From contig JAYQLI010000035.1 in the NCBI GenBank assembly GCA_038143065.1, positions 2,272,894 to 2,336,893 on the forward strand: DNA of 64,000 nucleotides, written 5' to 3'. The notes beneath the pieces were generated by a model. It saw only the letters and a program-made list of their open reading frames with translations. It did not search any database and was not told the origin of the DNA. The stretch is from Rhodospirillales bacterium. GTDB lineage: Bacteria > Pseudomonadota > Alphaproteobacteria > Bin95. Of the stretch, positions 10,595 to 21,912 are shown in pieces (the first letter of the stretch is position 1; the number at the start of each line of letters is the position of its first letter). The position numbers were made by a program, and so were the translations under genes.

Positions 10595-11466
10595 TTTCAA
10601 GCATGACAGGTTTTGCACGTGTTGAAGGTCATTCTGGTGATGTTTCGTGGGCATGGGAGGCGCGTAGCGTAAACGGTCGTAGTTTGGATGTGCGCGTGCG
10701 CGCTCCCAGCTTTGTTGATCAGGCAGAACGTAAAACTAGGGAAGAGCTGGTCAAATACTTTAAACGAGGGACAATTCAGGTGGCTCTTAGTGTAGAGCAA
10801 ACAGAGAGTGTGAGTCGCCCTACCATTAACTTCGATGTCTTGTCAGGCCTTATTTCTGACCTTTCAAAAGTTGAGTTGCCAGAGCAGGCTCCTATCGAAC
10901 CCGCAAGACTTGATGGCCTTCTGCAAATTCGAGGTGTTTTACAAACAGGTAACTCTGATAACGAAACTATTCGTACCGCGCCACTAACTGATATCCCCGC
11001 ACTTTTGGATAGTTTAGCTAAAGCAAGAGCAGAAGAAGGTATTAGGCTGGCTGCAGTATTAGATGAAATTTTGACGACAATTTTAGATCTTATTCACCAG
11101 GCAAAATCACTTGCTTTGCAACAGCCCGAACGGATGGCCAACCGCTATAAAGAGGCAATCACAAATTTGATTGGTGAGACGGCCAATATTCCTGAGGAGC
11201 GGATTATTCAGGAGGCTGCAACTCTAGCTATTAAAGTCGACGTGACGGAAGAATTAGATCGTCTAACGGCTCACGTTGCACAAGCTCGTGAAATGATTTC
11301 TTCAGGTGGGGCTATAGGTCGCCGGCTCGACTTTCTTTGTCAGGAATTTAATCGTGAAGCGAATACTCTAGGTTCTAAATCTGCTGATCTTAGTCTGACG
11401 CGGATGGCAATGGATCTAAAAACGGCCATCGACGCCTTTCGAGAGCAGGCGCAGAATGTTGAGTAG
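10591..11466 (+). CDS. yicC: YicC/YloC-family endoribonuclease
   Basis: SMTGF, RSVNGR, EELDRL, GRRLDFLCQEFNREANT, REQAQNVE. Confidence 0.95.
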   Translation: MISSMTGFARVEGHSGDVSWAWEARSVNGRSLDVRVRAPSFVDQAERKTREELVKYFKRGTIQVALSVEQTESVSRPTINFDVLSGLISDLSKVELPEQAPIEPARLDGLLQIRGVLQTGNSDNETIRTAPLTDIPALLDSLAKARAEEGIRLAAVLDEILTTILDLIHQAKSLALQQPERMANRYKEAITNLIGETANIPEERIIQEAATLAIKVDVTEELDRLTAHVAQAREMISSGGAIGRRLDFLCQEFNREANTLGSKSADLSLTRMAMDLKTAIDAFREQAQNVE

Positions 11467-11481
11467 ATTAGGGGGCTTTGA

Positions 11482-12120
11482 ATGCAAGAAGAGTTAATAC
11501 AAAGACGTGGGTTGATGCTTGTGCTGTCTTCCCCGTCTGGCGCGGGTAAGACAACAATTTCGCGCAGGTTGTTAGATATTGAACCTTTGCTTCAAATGTC
11601 AGTATCCGCAACTACGCGTCCAAAGCGGCCAGGTGAAACGGAAGGTCGAGATTATTTTTTTCTAGACCGAGAAGAATTCGGGATGCGCGCTAACAAGGAT
11701 GAGTTCATCGAGCATGCCCGCGTTTTTGATCATTACTATGGAACACCAAAGGGGCCAGTTGAAGATACTTTGAGCAAAGGTCGAGATGTTCTCTTTGATA
11801 TAGATTGGCAGGGCACGCAGCAAATAAAGGAAAAAGCTCCCAGTGATCTTGTGCGTGTTTTTATCCTTCCTCCATCTACTATTGAATTAGAGCAGAGGCT
11901 TCGTCGGCGTGCACAAGATTCTGAGGAAGTGGTTGAACGAAGAATGTCAGAGGCATCATCTGAAATGAGTCATTGGCAGGAATATGAATACGTGATTATC
12001 AATCGAGATATTGAACATAGTGTCGATCAGGTGCGCGCGATTTTGTCGGCAGAAAGACTAAGAAGAGAGCGGCAATTAGGTCTTGGAGGGTTTGTGAAGG
12101 CACTTCGTGAGCAGTGCTAA
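11482..12120 (+). CDS. gmk: Guanylate kinase
   Basis: SSPSGAGKTT, SATTR, YYGT, DIDWQG. Confidence 0.97.
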   Translation: MQEELIQRRGLMLVLSSPSGAGKTTISRRLLDIEPLLQMSVSATTRPKRPGETEGRDYFFLDREEFGMRANKDEFIEHARVFDHYYGTPKGPVEDTLSKGRDVLFDIDWQGTQQIKEKAPSDLVRVFILPPSTIELEQRLRRRAQDSEEVVERRMSEASSEMSHWQEYEYVIINRDIEHSVDQVRAILSAERLRRERQLGLGGFVKALREQC

Positions 12121-12132
12121 GAAGAAAATAAA

Positions 12133-12950
12133 ATGGGCGAAACAACACGGCGAATTCGTGACGCGGGTGGTCGGGCTGAGATTATAAAAACAGATGGCCC
12201 AAAACTATTGGCGTTGGGAGATGGTTACTTAGACTTAGACTTATCTCGTTTTCCAGATGTTGTCCGTGGCGTGGGGGACGACCTAGCTATTGCGGATGGT
12301 CAAGACCTTAATGACCTCTGCCTATCAGTAAATGCTTTTCTGATAGAGACACCAGACCGTCTTTGCTTAATTGATGCTGGTGACGGGGCTCGCCGAGCAC
12401 CTTCTCTGGGACATCTCGAAAAAGCGCTAAAGTCGGCTGGTTATGATCGAGCCGACATCACCGACCTTTTTATGACTCATTTGCATGGAGACCATGCGGC
12501 TGGGTTGGTGCAAGACGGAACGCGATTATTTGAAAACGCTCAATTATTTGTGTCGGAAGAAGAGCATCGTTACTGGAATGCACCTGAGGAACACGATGCC
12601 ATTCAAGCAACGCAGGCACCATTTGCTTTGGCTGCTTTAGAAGCATATCGAGAGCGGATAACCTTAATTCCGGGCCAACGCCAGGCCAGGTGGGTTTTCG
12701 CATTGGTAATGAATTGCCGGTGCTCGTATCGGCAGATGCAATTCACTTACCTACATTGCAAATCAAGCACCCAGAGTGGGGCTTTCTTTTTGATGCAGAT
12801 CGGTCAAAAGCCCTGGAGACACGGCTTGGGCTTCTGGATGCGGTTGTTGAAACTAATATTCGCCTTGCGGGGGCACATATACCATTCCCAGGGGTGATTA
12901 AGGTCGTGCGAAATAATGAAAATATTGGATATGAGACAATAAGAGACTGA
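12133..12950 (+). CDS. Metallo-beta-lactamase-fold hydrolase (frameshift near 12677)
   Basis: THLHGDH; GHTPG-like motif across the frameshift; C-terminal GAHIPFPG in ORF 12690..12950. Confidence 0.85.
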
Positions 12951-13902
12951 TGGAGCGATACATGGCGCCTAAACTTGGATACCTCCTGCCAACCCGTGAA
13001 AGCGTTATGGAGGGTAGGCCTGCCGTTGCCCCTTTGCTTGAGCTTGCGGAGAAGGCGGAAGGTCTTGGGTTTGACTCAGTTTGGATTGGTGATTCTGTCA
13101 TAGCGCGACCTCGGCATGAACCTTTAACCTTACTCGCTACGGTGGCAGGCCGAACTCGCAATGTTGCGTTAGGAACCGCAGTTTTGCTTCCGGCTCTACG
13201 CAATCCCGTCTTGTTAGCCCACACTTGCGCGACACTCGATCAAGCTAGCGAGGGAAGATTAATACTGGGCGTCGGTATAGCGACTGATGTTCCAAATATA
13301 CGTCACGAATTTGAAGCGTGTGGCGTTCCGTTCGATAAGCGAGTTGGTCGAATGTTAGAGGGGCTGAGGTTAGCTCGAGCTCTATGGTCAGGTGAGCCAT
13401 TAGATTGGGATGGGCGGTGGAAAATGAATCAGGCTATCTTAGGCCCAACCCCGTATCAAAAGGGTGGGCCACCTATTTGGATAGGCGCAAAAGTAGAGGC
13501 TGCTTTCAAACGTATCGCGCGGGAGTTTGATGGGTGGTTCCCGAATGGTCCGGATCCTGAGGGTTGGAAGACTCAGAGAGCGCAGCTTGATGCTGAAATC
13601 GTTGCAGAAGGGCGTGACCCAAAGTCTGTCACAGGGGCGTTATATGCAACATTTGCTATTGATGAAAATGTCTCGCAAGCAGAAGCGCGTTTGAACCAGT
13701 TTATGTCAAGTTACTATGGCGCCCGGCCTGATCTCATGAGGAAGGTTCAATATAGCTACGCGGGTTCTGCGGAGGGGCTGCAAAAGTTCTTCAAGCATAT
13801 GCGGATGCTGGTGTAGAGCACATATGCTTGCGCTTTGCTGGAGATCATTCTCGTTCGCTTGATGTTTTCGCAGATATTCGAAAAGGATTGGGGTGGAATT
13901 GA
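12950..13902 (+). CDS. LLM-class flavin-dependent oxidoreductase (frameshift near 13790)
   Basis: AEGLGFDSVW, LGTAV, LDQASEGRLILGVG, PPIWIG. Confidence 0.88.
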
Positions 13903-14170
13903 TATTTTACGGGTGATGAAAGAGTTTTATTTTTGAGGTCACCCCAGACTTTGAATTAATAATTTGCAACTTAATTCTACTGAGTTTTTAAAAATATCTT
14001 GCCCCCAAATATAGATTTAAGACTGCTTCAGAGCAGGATGATTGTGTGGAAGGTTTCTCTACCTGATTGAAAAAGGCCTAACTGTGCTCTTTTTTAAGGG
14101 AAATTATCAATTTATTAGGCTTTCCATGTTGACCTAAAGACATGACACAGTATTGCCACTGTTTTCAAAT

Positions 14171-14185
14171 GTTCCTATATTGTTC
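14171..14185 (+). promoter_or_regulatory. Alphaproteobacterial LexA (SOS) box upstream of nrdA
   Basis: GTTC-CTATATT-GTTC is an exact GTTC-N7-GTTC match; a further near half-site GTTG follows 7 nt later. Confidence 0.75.
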
Positions 14186-14230
14186 TATATCTGTTGAGAA
14201 CTATTTTTATTTTTAGATAGCGATCTATTT

Positions 14231-14277
14231 GTCCTTCATGTAGATTGAATTTTCTATTAGAACACAAGATGTAGTAG
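14231..14277 (+). promoter_or_regulatory. Tandem NrdR boxes upstream of nrdA
   Basis: ACACAAGATGTAGTAG (14262-14277) and GTCCTTCATGTAGATT (14231-14246) resemble acaCwAtATaTwGtgt and start 31 bp apart. Confidence 0.75.
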
Positions 14278-14324
14278 AGATTTGGGGAAAATGTTTTCCT
14301 CAAGCTGTGGATGGAGTGAGCTTA

Positions 14325-16247
14325 ATGGACGGAACAAGCAGGATTTCTGCCGATGATGGAGCAATGGCTGCTCTGGATAAAGCTCTGGATATCGAGAGGA
14401 CAACGCTTTCTGCTCATGCTCTTGGTGGAGACATTGCGCGCGATGTCTTTCAAAATGCCCGTGGAATATCAGTTCTCATTGATCGTTCTCGTGATGAATT
14501 GCTGACTCCTTTTGGAAAAGCGACTTTAGCCGATCGTTATTTAATGCAAGACGAGGGCTTTCAGGATTTATTCGCCCGCGTTGCTGGCCACTTTGCTGAT
14601 GACACCGCTCATGCACAGCGTCTCTATGATTACATCTCTCGCCTTTGGTTTATGCCCGCTACCCCAGTTCTGTCCAATGGGGGAACAAAACGTGGGCTGC
14701 CGATTTCATGCTTTCTCAATGAAGCTTCAGACAGTTTGGGCGGTATAGTTGGCCTCTGGAATGAAAATGTCTGGTTGGCTGCTAGGGGTGGAGGCATTGG
14801 AAGTTATTGGGGCAATCTGCGCTCTATAGGAGAGCAGGTAGGGGGTAATGGGAAAACCTCAGGTGTTGTTCCATTCATTCGAGTTATGGACAGCATGACA
14901 TTGGCTATCAGTCAGGGAAGCCTGCGCCGTGGTTCCGCCGCAGTTTATATGCCGGTTTGGCATCCAGAGATTGAGGAATTCATTGAAATCCGTCGGCCGA
15001 CTGGTGGCGATCCAAACAGAAAGGCACTCAATCTTCACCATGGTGTACTCCTAACGGATGCGTTCATGCGTGCTGTTGAGGCTGACGAGCAGTGGGCACT
15101 TGTTAGTCCAAAGGATAGTGCACTAATAAAAACGGTATCGGCGCGTGAGCTTTGGATCAGAATTTTGACGGCCCGAATTGAGACAGGTGAGCCGTACATC
15201 ATCTATTCTGATGCTGTGAATCGGGAAATTCCGCAGCATCAAAAATTGGCAGGTCTATCTGTTAAAACATCAAATTTGTGTAGTGAAATCACGCTGACAA
15301 CAGGAATTGATCAGCATGGCGGTGACCGTACGGCTGTTTGTTGTCTTTCATCCCTTAATCTCGAAAAATACGATGAATGGCAGTCGGCACCTGGTTTTGT
15401 TGAAGACGTTATGCGGTTCTTGGATAACGTTCTTCAAGATTTTATTGATCAGGCACCAGAAGAATTTTCTAAAGCCAAATATGCGGCCATGCGTGAGCGT
15501 TCTGTAGGTCTTGGAGTAATGGGCTTCCATTCATTCCTGCAGCAAAAAAACACTCCATTTGAGAGCGCCATGGCAAAGTCATGGAACATGAGAATGTTTA
15601 AGCAAATTCGGGAGCAGGCGGATGCTGCTTCTGCTAAATTGGCGGAAGAAAGAGGTCCTTGCCCCGATGCGGCGGAATACGGCATTAAGGAGCGTTTCTC
15701 TCATAAACTCGCTATTGCTCCCACTGCTTCGATTTCCATTATTTGTGGGGGAGCGTCGCCTGGGATCGAGCCAAGTGCCGCAAATGCTTTTACCCATAAG
15801 ACGCTCTCAGGGTCTTTTGGCGTGCGTAATCGCTATTTAGAGGAAGTTTTGGAGCGTCATGGCAGAAATGATGCAGAAACATGGTCATCTATAGTAACTC
15901 GAGAAGGATCTGTTCAGCATTTAGAATTTCTCACTGATCTTGAGAAAGATGTGTTCAAAACTGCGTTCGAGTTGGACCAGCGCTGGGTAATAGAGTTGGC
16001 TGCAGATCGTACACCGGTTGTGTGTCAGTCTCAGTCAGTCAATTTATTTTTGCCGGCAGATGTGCACAAACGCGATCTGCATCATTTACATTTTCAGGCT
16101 TGGAAAAAAGGAATGAAGTCTCTTTATTACCTCCGTTCTAAGTCGATCCAACGGGCTGATGTAGTTAGTCGCTTTGGTGCGGCTCCAGTGGTTCAGTCTG
16201 TTGAAGGTGGGCAGCTCGACTACGAAGAATGCCTTGCCTGTCAGTAA
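14325..16247 (+). CDS. nrdA: Class Ia ribonucleotide reductase alpha subunit (short form, no obvious ATP-cone)
   Basis: PATPVLSN, ISCF, SNLCSEI, APTASIS, KSLYYLRS, C-terminal CLAC; start codon uncertain (14307, 14325 or 14364). Confidence 0.96.
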   Translation: MDGTSRISADDGAMAALDKALDIERTTLSAHALGGDIARDVFQNARGISVLIDRSRDELLTPFGKATLADRYLMQDEGFQDLFARVAGHFADDTAHAQRLYDYISRLWFMPATPVLSNGGTKRGLPISCFLNEASDSLGGIVGLWNENVWLAARGGGIGSYWGNLRSIGEQVGGNGKTSGVVPFIRVMDSMTLAISQGSLRRGSAAVYMPVWHPEIEEFIEIRRPTGGDPNRKALNLHHGVLLTDAFMRAVEADEQWALVSPKDSALIKTVSARELWIRILTARIETGEPYIIYSDAVNREIPQHQKLAGLSVKTSNLCSEITLTTGIDQHGGDRTAVCCLSSLNLEKYDEWQSAPGFVEDVMRFLDNVLQDFIDQAPEEFSKAKYAAMRERSVGLGVMGFHSFLQQKNTPFESAMAKSWNMRMFKQIREQADAASAKLAEERGPCPDAAEYGIKERFSHKLAIAPTASISIICGGASPGIEPSAANAFTHKTLSGSFGVRNRYLEEVLERHGRNDAETWSSIVTREGSVQHLEFLTDLEKDVFKTAFELDQRWVIELAADRTPVVCQSQSVNLFLPADVHKRDLHHLHFQAWKKGMKSLYYLRSKSIQRADVVSRFGAAPVVQSVEGGQLDYEECLACQ

Positions 16248-16285
16248 GCCTTTTACCTTCTTAATCCCGGCAGGAGCGCCGAAAA

Positions 16286-17245
16286 ATGTCTCTTCTTGAT
16301 GCTAAGGCTACATATAAGCCTTTTGATTATCCTTGGGCCTACGAGGCGTGGCAGACGCAGCAGCGTCTCCACTGGTTGCCTGAAGAAGTACCTCTGGCCG
16401 AAGATGTTCGGGATTGGGCCCAAAAACTTTCGGATGGCGAGCGCAATCTTCTCACCCAGATTTTTCGGTTTTTCACTCAAGCTGATGTTGAAGTGAATAA
16501 CTGTTACATGAAGCACTACTCTAAAGTTTTTGAGCCGACTGAAGTGCAGATGATGCTTGCTGCCTTTTCAAATATTGAGACGGTTCATATTGCTGCATAC
16601 AGCCACTTGCTTGATACAATAGGTATGCCTGAAGTCGAGTATTCAGCCTTCCTTCGCTACAAAGAGATGAAGGATAAATATGATTACATGCAGCAGTTTG
16701 GAGTCTCCACAAAGCCAGATATAGCAATGACATTGGCTGTGTTTGGAGCCTTCACTGAAGGACTCCAACTATTTGCTAGCTTTGCAATGTTATTAAACTT
16801 CCCGCGATTTAATAAAATGAAGGGTATGGGACAGATCGTAGCTTGGTCGGCAAGAGATGAGACTTTGCACGCTAATTCAATTATCCGCCTCTTTAGAACC
16901 TTTGTTCGTGAATACCCTGACAGTGCACAGGATTTAGAACCAAAGTTGCGAGATGCCCTGAATATAATAGTTGAGCACGAAGACGCCTTTATAGATCTTG
17001 CATTTAGTTTGGGAACAATCCAGGGCCTAAAGGCTAATGAGGTAAAATCTTATATTCGCTACATCGGGGACATGCGTCTTGCGCAATTAGGATTCGAGGA
17101 GCCAGAGTTTGGCATTGCCCGAAATCCGCTGCCTTGGATGGATGAGATGTTAAATGGCCTTGAGCATGCAAATTTCTTTGAAAACCGGGCTACAGAATAT
17201 TCAAAAGCCGCAACTCAGGGATCCTGGGAAGAGGCATTCGCGTGA
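16286..17245 (+). CDS. nrdB: Class Ia ribonucleotide reductase beta subunit
   Basis: FFTQAD, ETVHIAAY, RDETLH, NFFENRATEY. Confidence 0.96.
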   Translation: MSLLDAKATYKPFDYPWAYEAWQTQQRLHWLPEEVPLAEDVRDWAQKLSDGERNLLTQIFRFFTQADVEVNNCYMKHYSKVFEPTEVQMMLAAFSNIETVHIAAYSHLLDTIGMPEVEYSAFLRYKEMKDKYDYMQQFGVSTKPDIAMTLAVFGAFTEGLQLFASFAMLLNFPRFNKMKGMGQIVAWSARDETLHANSIIRLFRTFVREYPDSAQDLEPKLRDALNIIVEHEDAFIDLAFSLGTIQGLKANEVKSYIRYIGDMRLAQLGFEEPEFGIARNPLPWMDEMLNGLEHANFFENRATEYSKAATQGSWEEAFA

Positions 17246-17297
17246 TTTGAACTGTCAGTTAGCTCGTTAGACTTTGTTTCTAGACTATTGGGTCTAA

Positions 17298-17813
17298 TCA
17301 CTCATCGTAGGTGATCATAGTTTCTAAAGGACAAGGGACTTTGGATCGGCCATCTAAAAAGGTTAGCTCAATTATGCATGCGGCACCTGCGACTGTTGCC
17401 CCCTGGTTATTGATCAGCTGGACAGCCGCTGCCATGGTTCCCCCTGTTGCGAGCAAGTCATCTAGAATTACAACTCGATCATTGGAGTTCACTGCATCGC
17501 TTTGAATTTCAATTGTATCGGTCCCGTATTCTAGAGCGTATTGATGAGACACGACCGATCCTGGAAGTTTGCCCTTCTTGCGGAGCATCACAAAACCCAG
17601 GCCAAGTTTTAGGGCTAGAGGAGCTGCTAGTAAAAACCCACGACTTTCTATCCCAATGAGCTTTGTCGGGGTCCATGGTTGGATGGCTTCTGCCATACAG
17701 TCAATCGTCTCAGCCCATGCATTGGGATGAGCTAGAAGAGTAGAAATGTCATAAAATAAAATGCCTGGCTTTGGAAAATTAGGAATTAAACGTATGTGAT
17801 CTTTTATATTCAT
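17298..17813 (-). CDS. apt: Adenine phosphoribosyltransferase
   Basis: [28 protein letters not shown]. Confidence 0.97.
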   Translation of the reverse strand: MNIKDHIRLIPNFPKPGILFYDISTLLAHPNAWAETIDCMAEAIQPWTPTKLIGIESRGFLLAAPLALKLGLGFVMLRKKGKLPGSVVSHQYALEYGTDTIEIQSDAVNSNDRVVILDDLLATGGTMAAAVQLINNQGATVAGAACIIELTFLDGRSKVPCPLETMITYDE

Positions 17814-17943
17814 ACTGATGCCCTGGGTTTTATAAAATTTTAATTAGAGTATCCCACAAAATGGGCTTGGAAAATTGTTTTCTAAAGACCTCTAGTGCTC
17901 TTCATAAACTAATTCAGAACATATACGATTTTGAGAATTCGTA

Positions 17944-20401
17944 ATGAAAAAATGCATCAATTTGGTGAAGTCTATCTTGGAATTTCAATTTCCCAAAACA
18001 GCTAGTGCAGTGATTGTTGGTGGAGGTGTGGCGGGTCTTTCGGTTGCTTATCACCTCTCAAAACTGGGTTGGCAAGATATCGTCTTGCTGGAACGGAAAC
18101 AGATCGCTTCCGGGACTACTTGGCATGCGGCAGGGTTAGTCCGATCTAATATTGGATCGGCGACGTTGACGCGTATCGCGAAGGATCAGCCACTTTTTTC
18201 AGAGCTAGAGGCGACGACAGGTCAGATAACAGGCTTTAAGCAAAATGGTAGTTTGGGAATTGCAAATAATACTGCACGTTGGGAAGAGCATCGTCGTGCA
18301 TATTCCTTCGCCCATGCTATGGGGGTTGAAGCACACCTTATTGACGCAAGAGAGGCAGGCCGTCTTTGGCCTTTTCTCGAGACGTCTGATCTTTTGGGAG
18401 CCCTTTGGTACCCGCATGATGGACAGGTGAATCCGCTCGATTTTGCCCAAGCCTTGGCAAAAGGTGCCAGACAATCTGGTGTTAGGATTATTGAAGGTGT
18501 TAAAGCCACTGCGATAAGGTCAAGCCGAGGTCATGTGACAGGCATTGAGACGACTAAAGGTGAAATAGAAAGTCCTGTTGTCGTAAATGCTGCTGGTATG
18601 TGGGCAAAAGAGTTTGGGCGCCTTGCTGATGTTCCAGTTCCCGTACAGGCATGTGAGCATTTTTATGTGGTGACTGAGCCCTTGGAAAGCCTGTCGCCAA
18701 CACTCCCTGTGCTTCGTGATATGGATGGATGTGCCTACTATAAAGAAGATGCGGGAAAACTTCTCATAGGTGCATTTGAGCCGAAGGCAAAGCCTTGGGG
18801 TCTAGAGGGTATTCCAGAAGAATTTTGCTTTGACGAACTGCCAGAAGACTTTGACCACTTCCAGCCAATCTTAGAGCAGGCGATGCGCCGTGTACCAATC
18901 TTAGAAAAAATTGGCATTAGAAAATTTTTTTAATGGGCCTGAAGGTTTTACCCCAGATCAGCGCTACTATCTCGGAGAGACTGCAGAGCTTGCTGGGTTT
19001 TATGTTCTCGCCGGATTCAATTCGATTGGGATTCAGTCAGGCGGTGGTGCGGGTAAGGCATTAGCGGAATGGATTGATTGTGGGGAGATGCCATTCGATC
19101 TTACAGCAGTAGATGCGCAACGTGCTCTTCATCACGAGACACAACCAAGTTTTCTCGTCCCACGCGTGTCAGAGGCTCTAGGACTGTTGTATGCGATGCA
19201 CTGGCCAGGAAGAGAATTTGAAACGAGCAGGAATGTGGTCCTGTCGCCGCTTCATAACGAGACTGAGGAAGCAGGAGCTGTTTACGGAGCTGTTTCAGGG
19301 AAAGAGAGACCAAACTGGTACGCAAAACCAGGTCAAAAACGTGAATATGCCTACAGTTACGGACGGGCTAATTGGTTTGAAAATGTTGCTTTGGAGCATT
19401 CTGCGACCCGAAGGGCTGTAGGACTTTTTGATCAGTCCTCATTTGGTAAATTTCTAGTTCAGGGGCGGGATGCCGTTTCATGTTTGGAAAGACTGTCAAC
19501 TAATTCTGTGTCTATCTCGCCTGGCCGCACGATTTACACGCAATGGCTAAACAGCAGAGGTGGGATTGAAGCAGACCTAACTGTAACCCGCCTTGAAGAT
19601 GAGCAGTTTCTGGTTACCACAGGTGCAGCTGTTTCGAAGCGTGACTTGACGCGCCTCAATAGGATGGCCCAATCCTTCGAAAAGGTAACTGTTAACGATG
19701 TTTCCAATAAGTTTGCGGTGATCGGAGTCATGGGCCCATTCGCTCGAGACTTTCTGCAACCAATAACAGAAACAAGTCTTGATCACTCTGTATTTCGTTT
19801 TGGGGCTTCAAAATTATCACGAGTAGCCGGCATAACTTGTCGTTTAACACGAATTAGTTATGTGGGAGAGCTGGGTTGGGAGATATCCTGTTTGGCAGAT
19901 GACGCGCCCAAGCTCTGGAGGGCTCTTTCTGCAGATGGCCAAGGATTTGGAGCAGTTCCAGCCGGTATGTACGCGATGAATACCCTTCGTTTGGAGAAGG
20001 GATATCGCCACTGGGGCCACGACATCAGTCCAGAGGATAATCCGTTCGAAGCCGGTTTAGAGTATTTTTTACGATTAGAAAAAAATGCAGAGTTTGTTGG
20101 GCAGTCTGCATTAATGGAAAAAAAAGAATTAGAGCCAAGACGACGACTCATGTCGTTTAGGTTGGAAGATCCATGGCCTCTTCTTCATGGTAATGAGCCA
20201 ATTTTTATTGATGGGAAATGCATCGGTTGGGTCACGTCAGGTGGTTTTGGACACAGTCTAGGCGTGTCTATCGGTCTAGGTTATGCGTCGGTAGTTAAGT
20301 TGGATGGAGCTTATGAGGTTGAGATTGCTGGAGAGAGGTTCCCTGCTGTTGGAAGTCTCAAGCCTCTTTATGAGCCAGATAATCCTCACCTCAGAGCCTA
20401 G
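17944..20401 (+). CDS. GcvT-family FAD-dependent amine oxidoreductase, sarcosine/dimethylglycine dehydrogenase-like (frameshift in the T-run near 18930)
   Basis: GGGVAG, SGTTWHAAG, FFNGPEGFTPD, ISYVGELGWE, LRLEKGYRHWG. Confidence 0.92.
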
Positions 20402-21129
20402 GCGCCAATTCCATGTAACAGCCAACCAACACCATAGGCGACTGCTGCGGCGGCAAGTCCTATCGCGAGTGTCTCTAGACCATCGCGGCTCCAATGACTG
20501 GTAGAAAAACGACTCTTTGTAGCACCGGTTACAAAAAATGTTGCTCCCGTAAGGGCGAGAGCGGCAGGAGCAGCACTTTCTTGTAAAAAAAGAAATGGAA
20601 GCAATGGCATTGCACCTGCCACCACAAAAGCAGCGAACGTGACTAGTGCAGCGGTCATCGGCTCGCGCAGCACTGGAGGTTGTCCGTATTCTTCAACCAG
20701 CATGAAGTCGATCCATCGGTCTTCATCGGCAGATGTAACTTCAACGGCCTGGTCAAGGGCATCACCTTCAAAGCCCTTGGAGCGATAAATTTCGCGAATT
20801 TCGCGGCGTTCGCCTTCAGGATTTTCACGAATGTGCCGAGCCTCTATTGCGCGAAGACGCTCTGCCTCGTCATGTTCAGCTTTAGTCCCGGAATAGTTGG
20901 CGGCTGCCATTGAAAATCCATCAGCTAGTAGGTTTGCGCAGCCTAGGATTAAGACAATTCGTGCTGATAGATCCGCTCCAATGACCCCAGCTACGATAGC
21001 AAAAGTCGTAACAGCACCATCAATTGCCCCATAGATCCAGTCGCGCAGATAACCTGGCTGAGCCCCAGCTTCGAGCCTCTCCCTTATAGCTGCTGTCCCA
21101 TGCTCATGATCGCCAATATCGCGTGCCAA
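20398..21129 (-). CDS. VIT1/CCC1-family Fe/Mn transporter
   Basis: IYGAIDG, ANLLADGFSMA, E-rich cytoplasmic segment. Confidence 0.92.
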   Translation of the reverse strand: MARDIGDHEHGTAAIRERLEAGAQPGYLRDWIYGAIDGAVTTFAIVAGVIGADLSARIVLILGCANLLADGFSMAAANYSGTKAEHDEAERLRAIEARHIRENPEGERREIREIYRSKGFEGDALDQAVEVTSADEDRWIDFMLVEEYGQPPVLREPMTAALVTFAAFVVAGAMPLLPFLFLQESAAPAALALTGATFFVTGATKSRFSTSHWSRDGLETLAIGLAAAAVAYGVGWLLHGIGA

Positions 21130-21207
21130 AACTAATCTCCAATCTTCATAGATAAGGCTTAGCAGTTATAATCTTCCGAAGAAACTGGGCAGTTATGGAG
21201 ATATCCT

Positions 21208-21858
21208 ATGGCGGATGATGCAACCTATTGTTTTCACACTTTGCTCATGGCGCCCCTAGAATGGAGTAAAGTAGGTGAGGCTGCCTCTGCCATTCGTCAG
21301 GCTTTAGCGCCATTGGGTGGCTCACTTTATGGGGCCTGGCGCAGTCAGATTGGAAGGCCGCGCGACGAAGTCCAACTGATAACACGTTGGCCTAACGAAG
21401 ATGCAGATTTGGCAGAAAAAGCTCTTACTAGTGTTTTACCGTCAATGCGTTCTGCATTAAGCGTTCAAATGAGGCCCACTCTTCGTCCAATTGACTCAAG
21501 ACCCCCAACACTGCAAGGCAATTATGCTTTTAGACAATTTACCACGCCGGAGTCAGACTGGCCTGAATTTCTAGATCTGTGCGCTGGTGCTTGGTCTGAT
21601 TTTGAAAAATCCTATGATAGTCAGGTCATTGGTCTTTGGAGATTCAATATTCCAAACAAAGGGCTGGTCCAAAGCTTGCTTCTCACACGAAGACCCAATC
21701 TCGCAATGTGGGAGCGGTCTAAAATTCCAGAAAATGCAACTGAGGCAGAGGTGCGTCGTAAGTTATCCCGTCGATATGATTTGTGCATCGATACAGATGT
21801 ATTCACGACTACCTTACTCACAGCTGGCGACAGGAAGGATGAAGCACGCTGGACTTGA
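21208..21858 (+). CDS. NIPSNAP-like dimeric alpha-beta barrel protein
   Basis: Two repeated halves (YGAWRSQIG and VIGLW); GGAG RBS. Confidence 0.55.
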   Translation: MADDATYCFHTLLMAPLEWSKVGEAASAIRQALAPLGGSLYGAWRSQIGRPRDEVQLITRWPNEDADLAEKALTSVLPSMRSALSVQMRPTLRPIDSRPPTLQGNYAFRQFTTPESDWPEFLDLCAGAWSDFEKSYDSQVIGLWRFNIPNKGLVQSLLLTRRPNLAMWERSKIPENATEAEVRRKLSRRYDLCIDTDVFTTTLLTAGDRKDEARWT

Positions 21859-21912
21859 ATATCTAAGATATGGAAGATTAACCAACCAACTTTCAATTTA
21901 GAGGGGCCAACC

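Noticed and set aside
14306-14314. DnaA-box-like TGTGGATGG before nrdA
   Set aside because: Two mismatches to TGTGGATAA; could occur by chance
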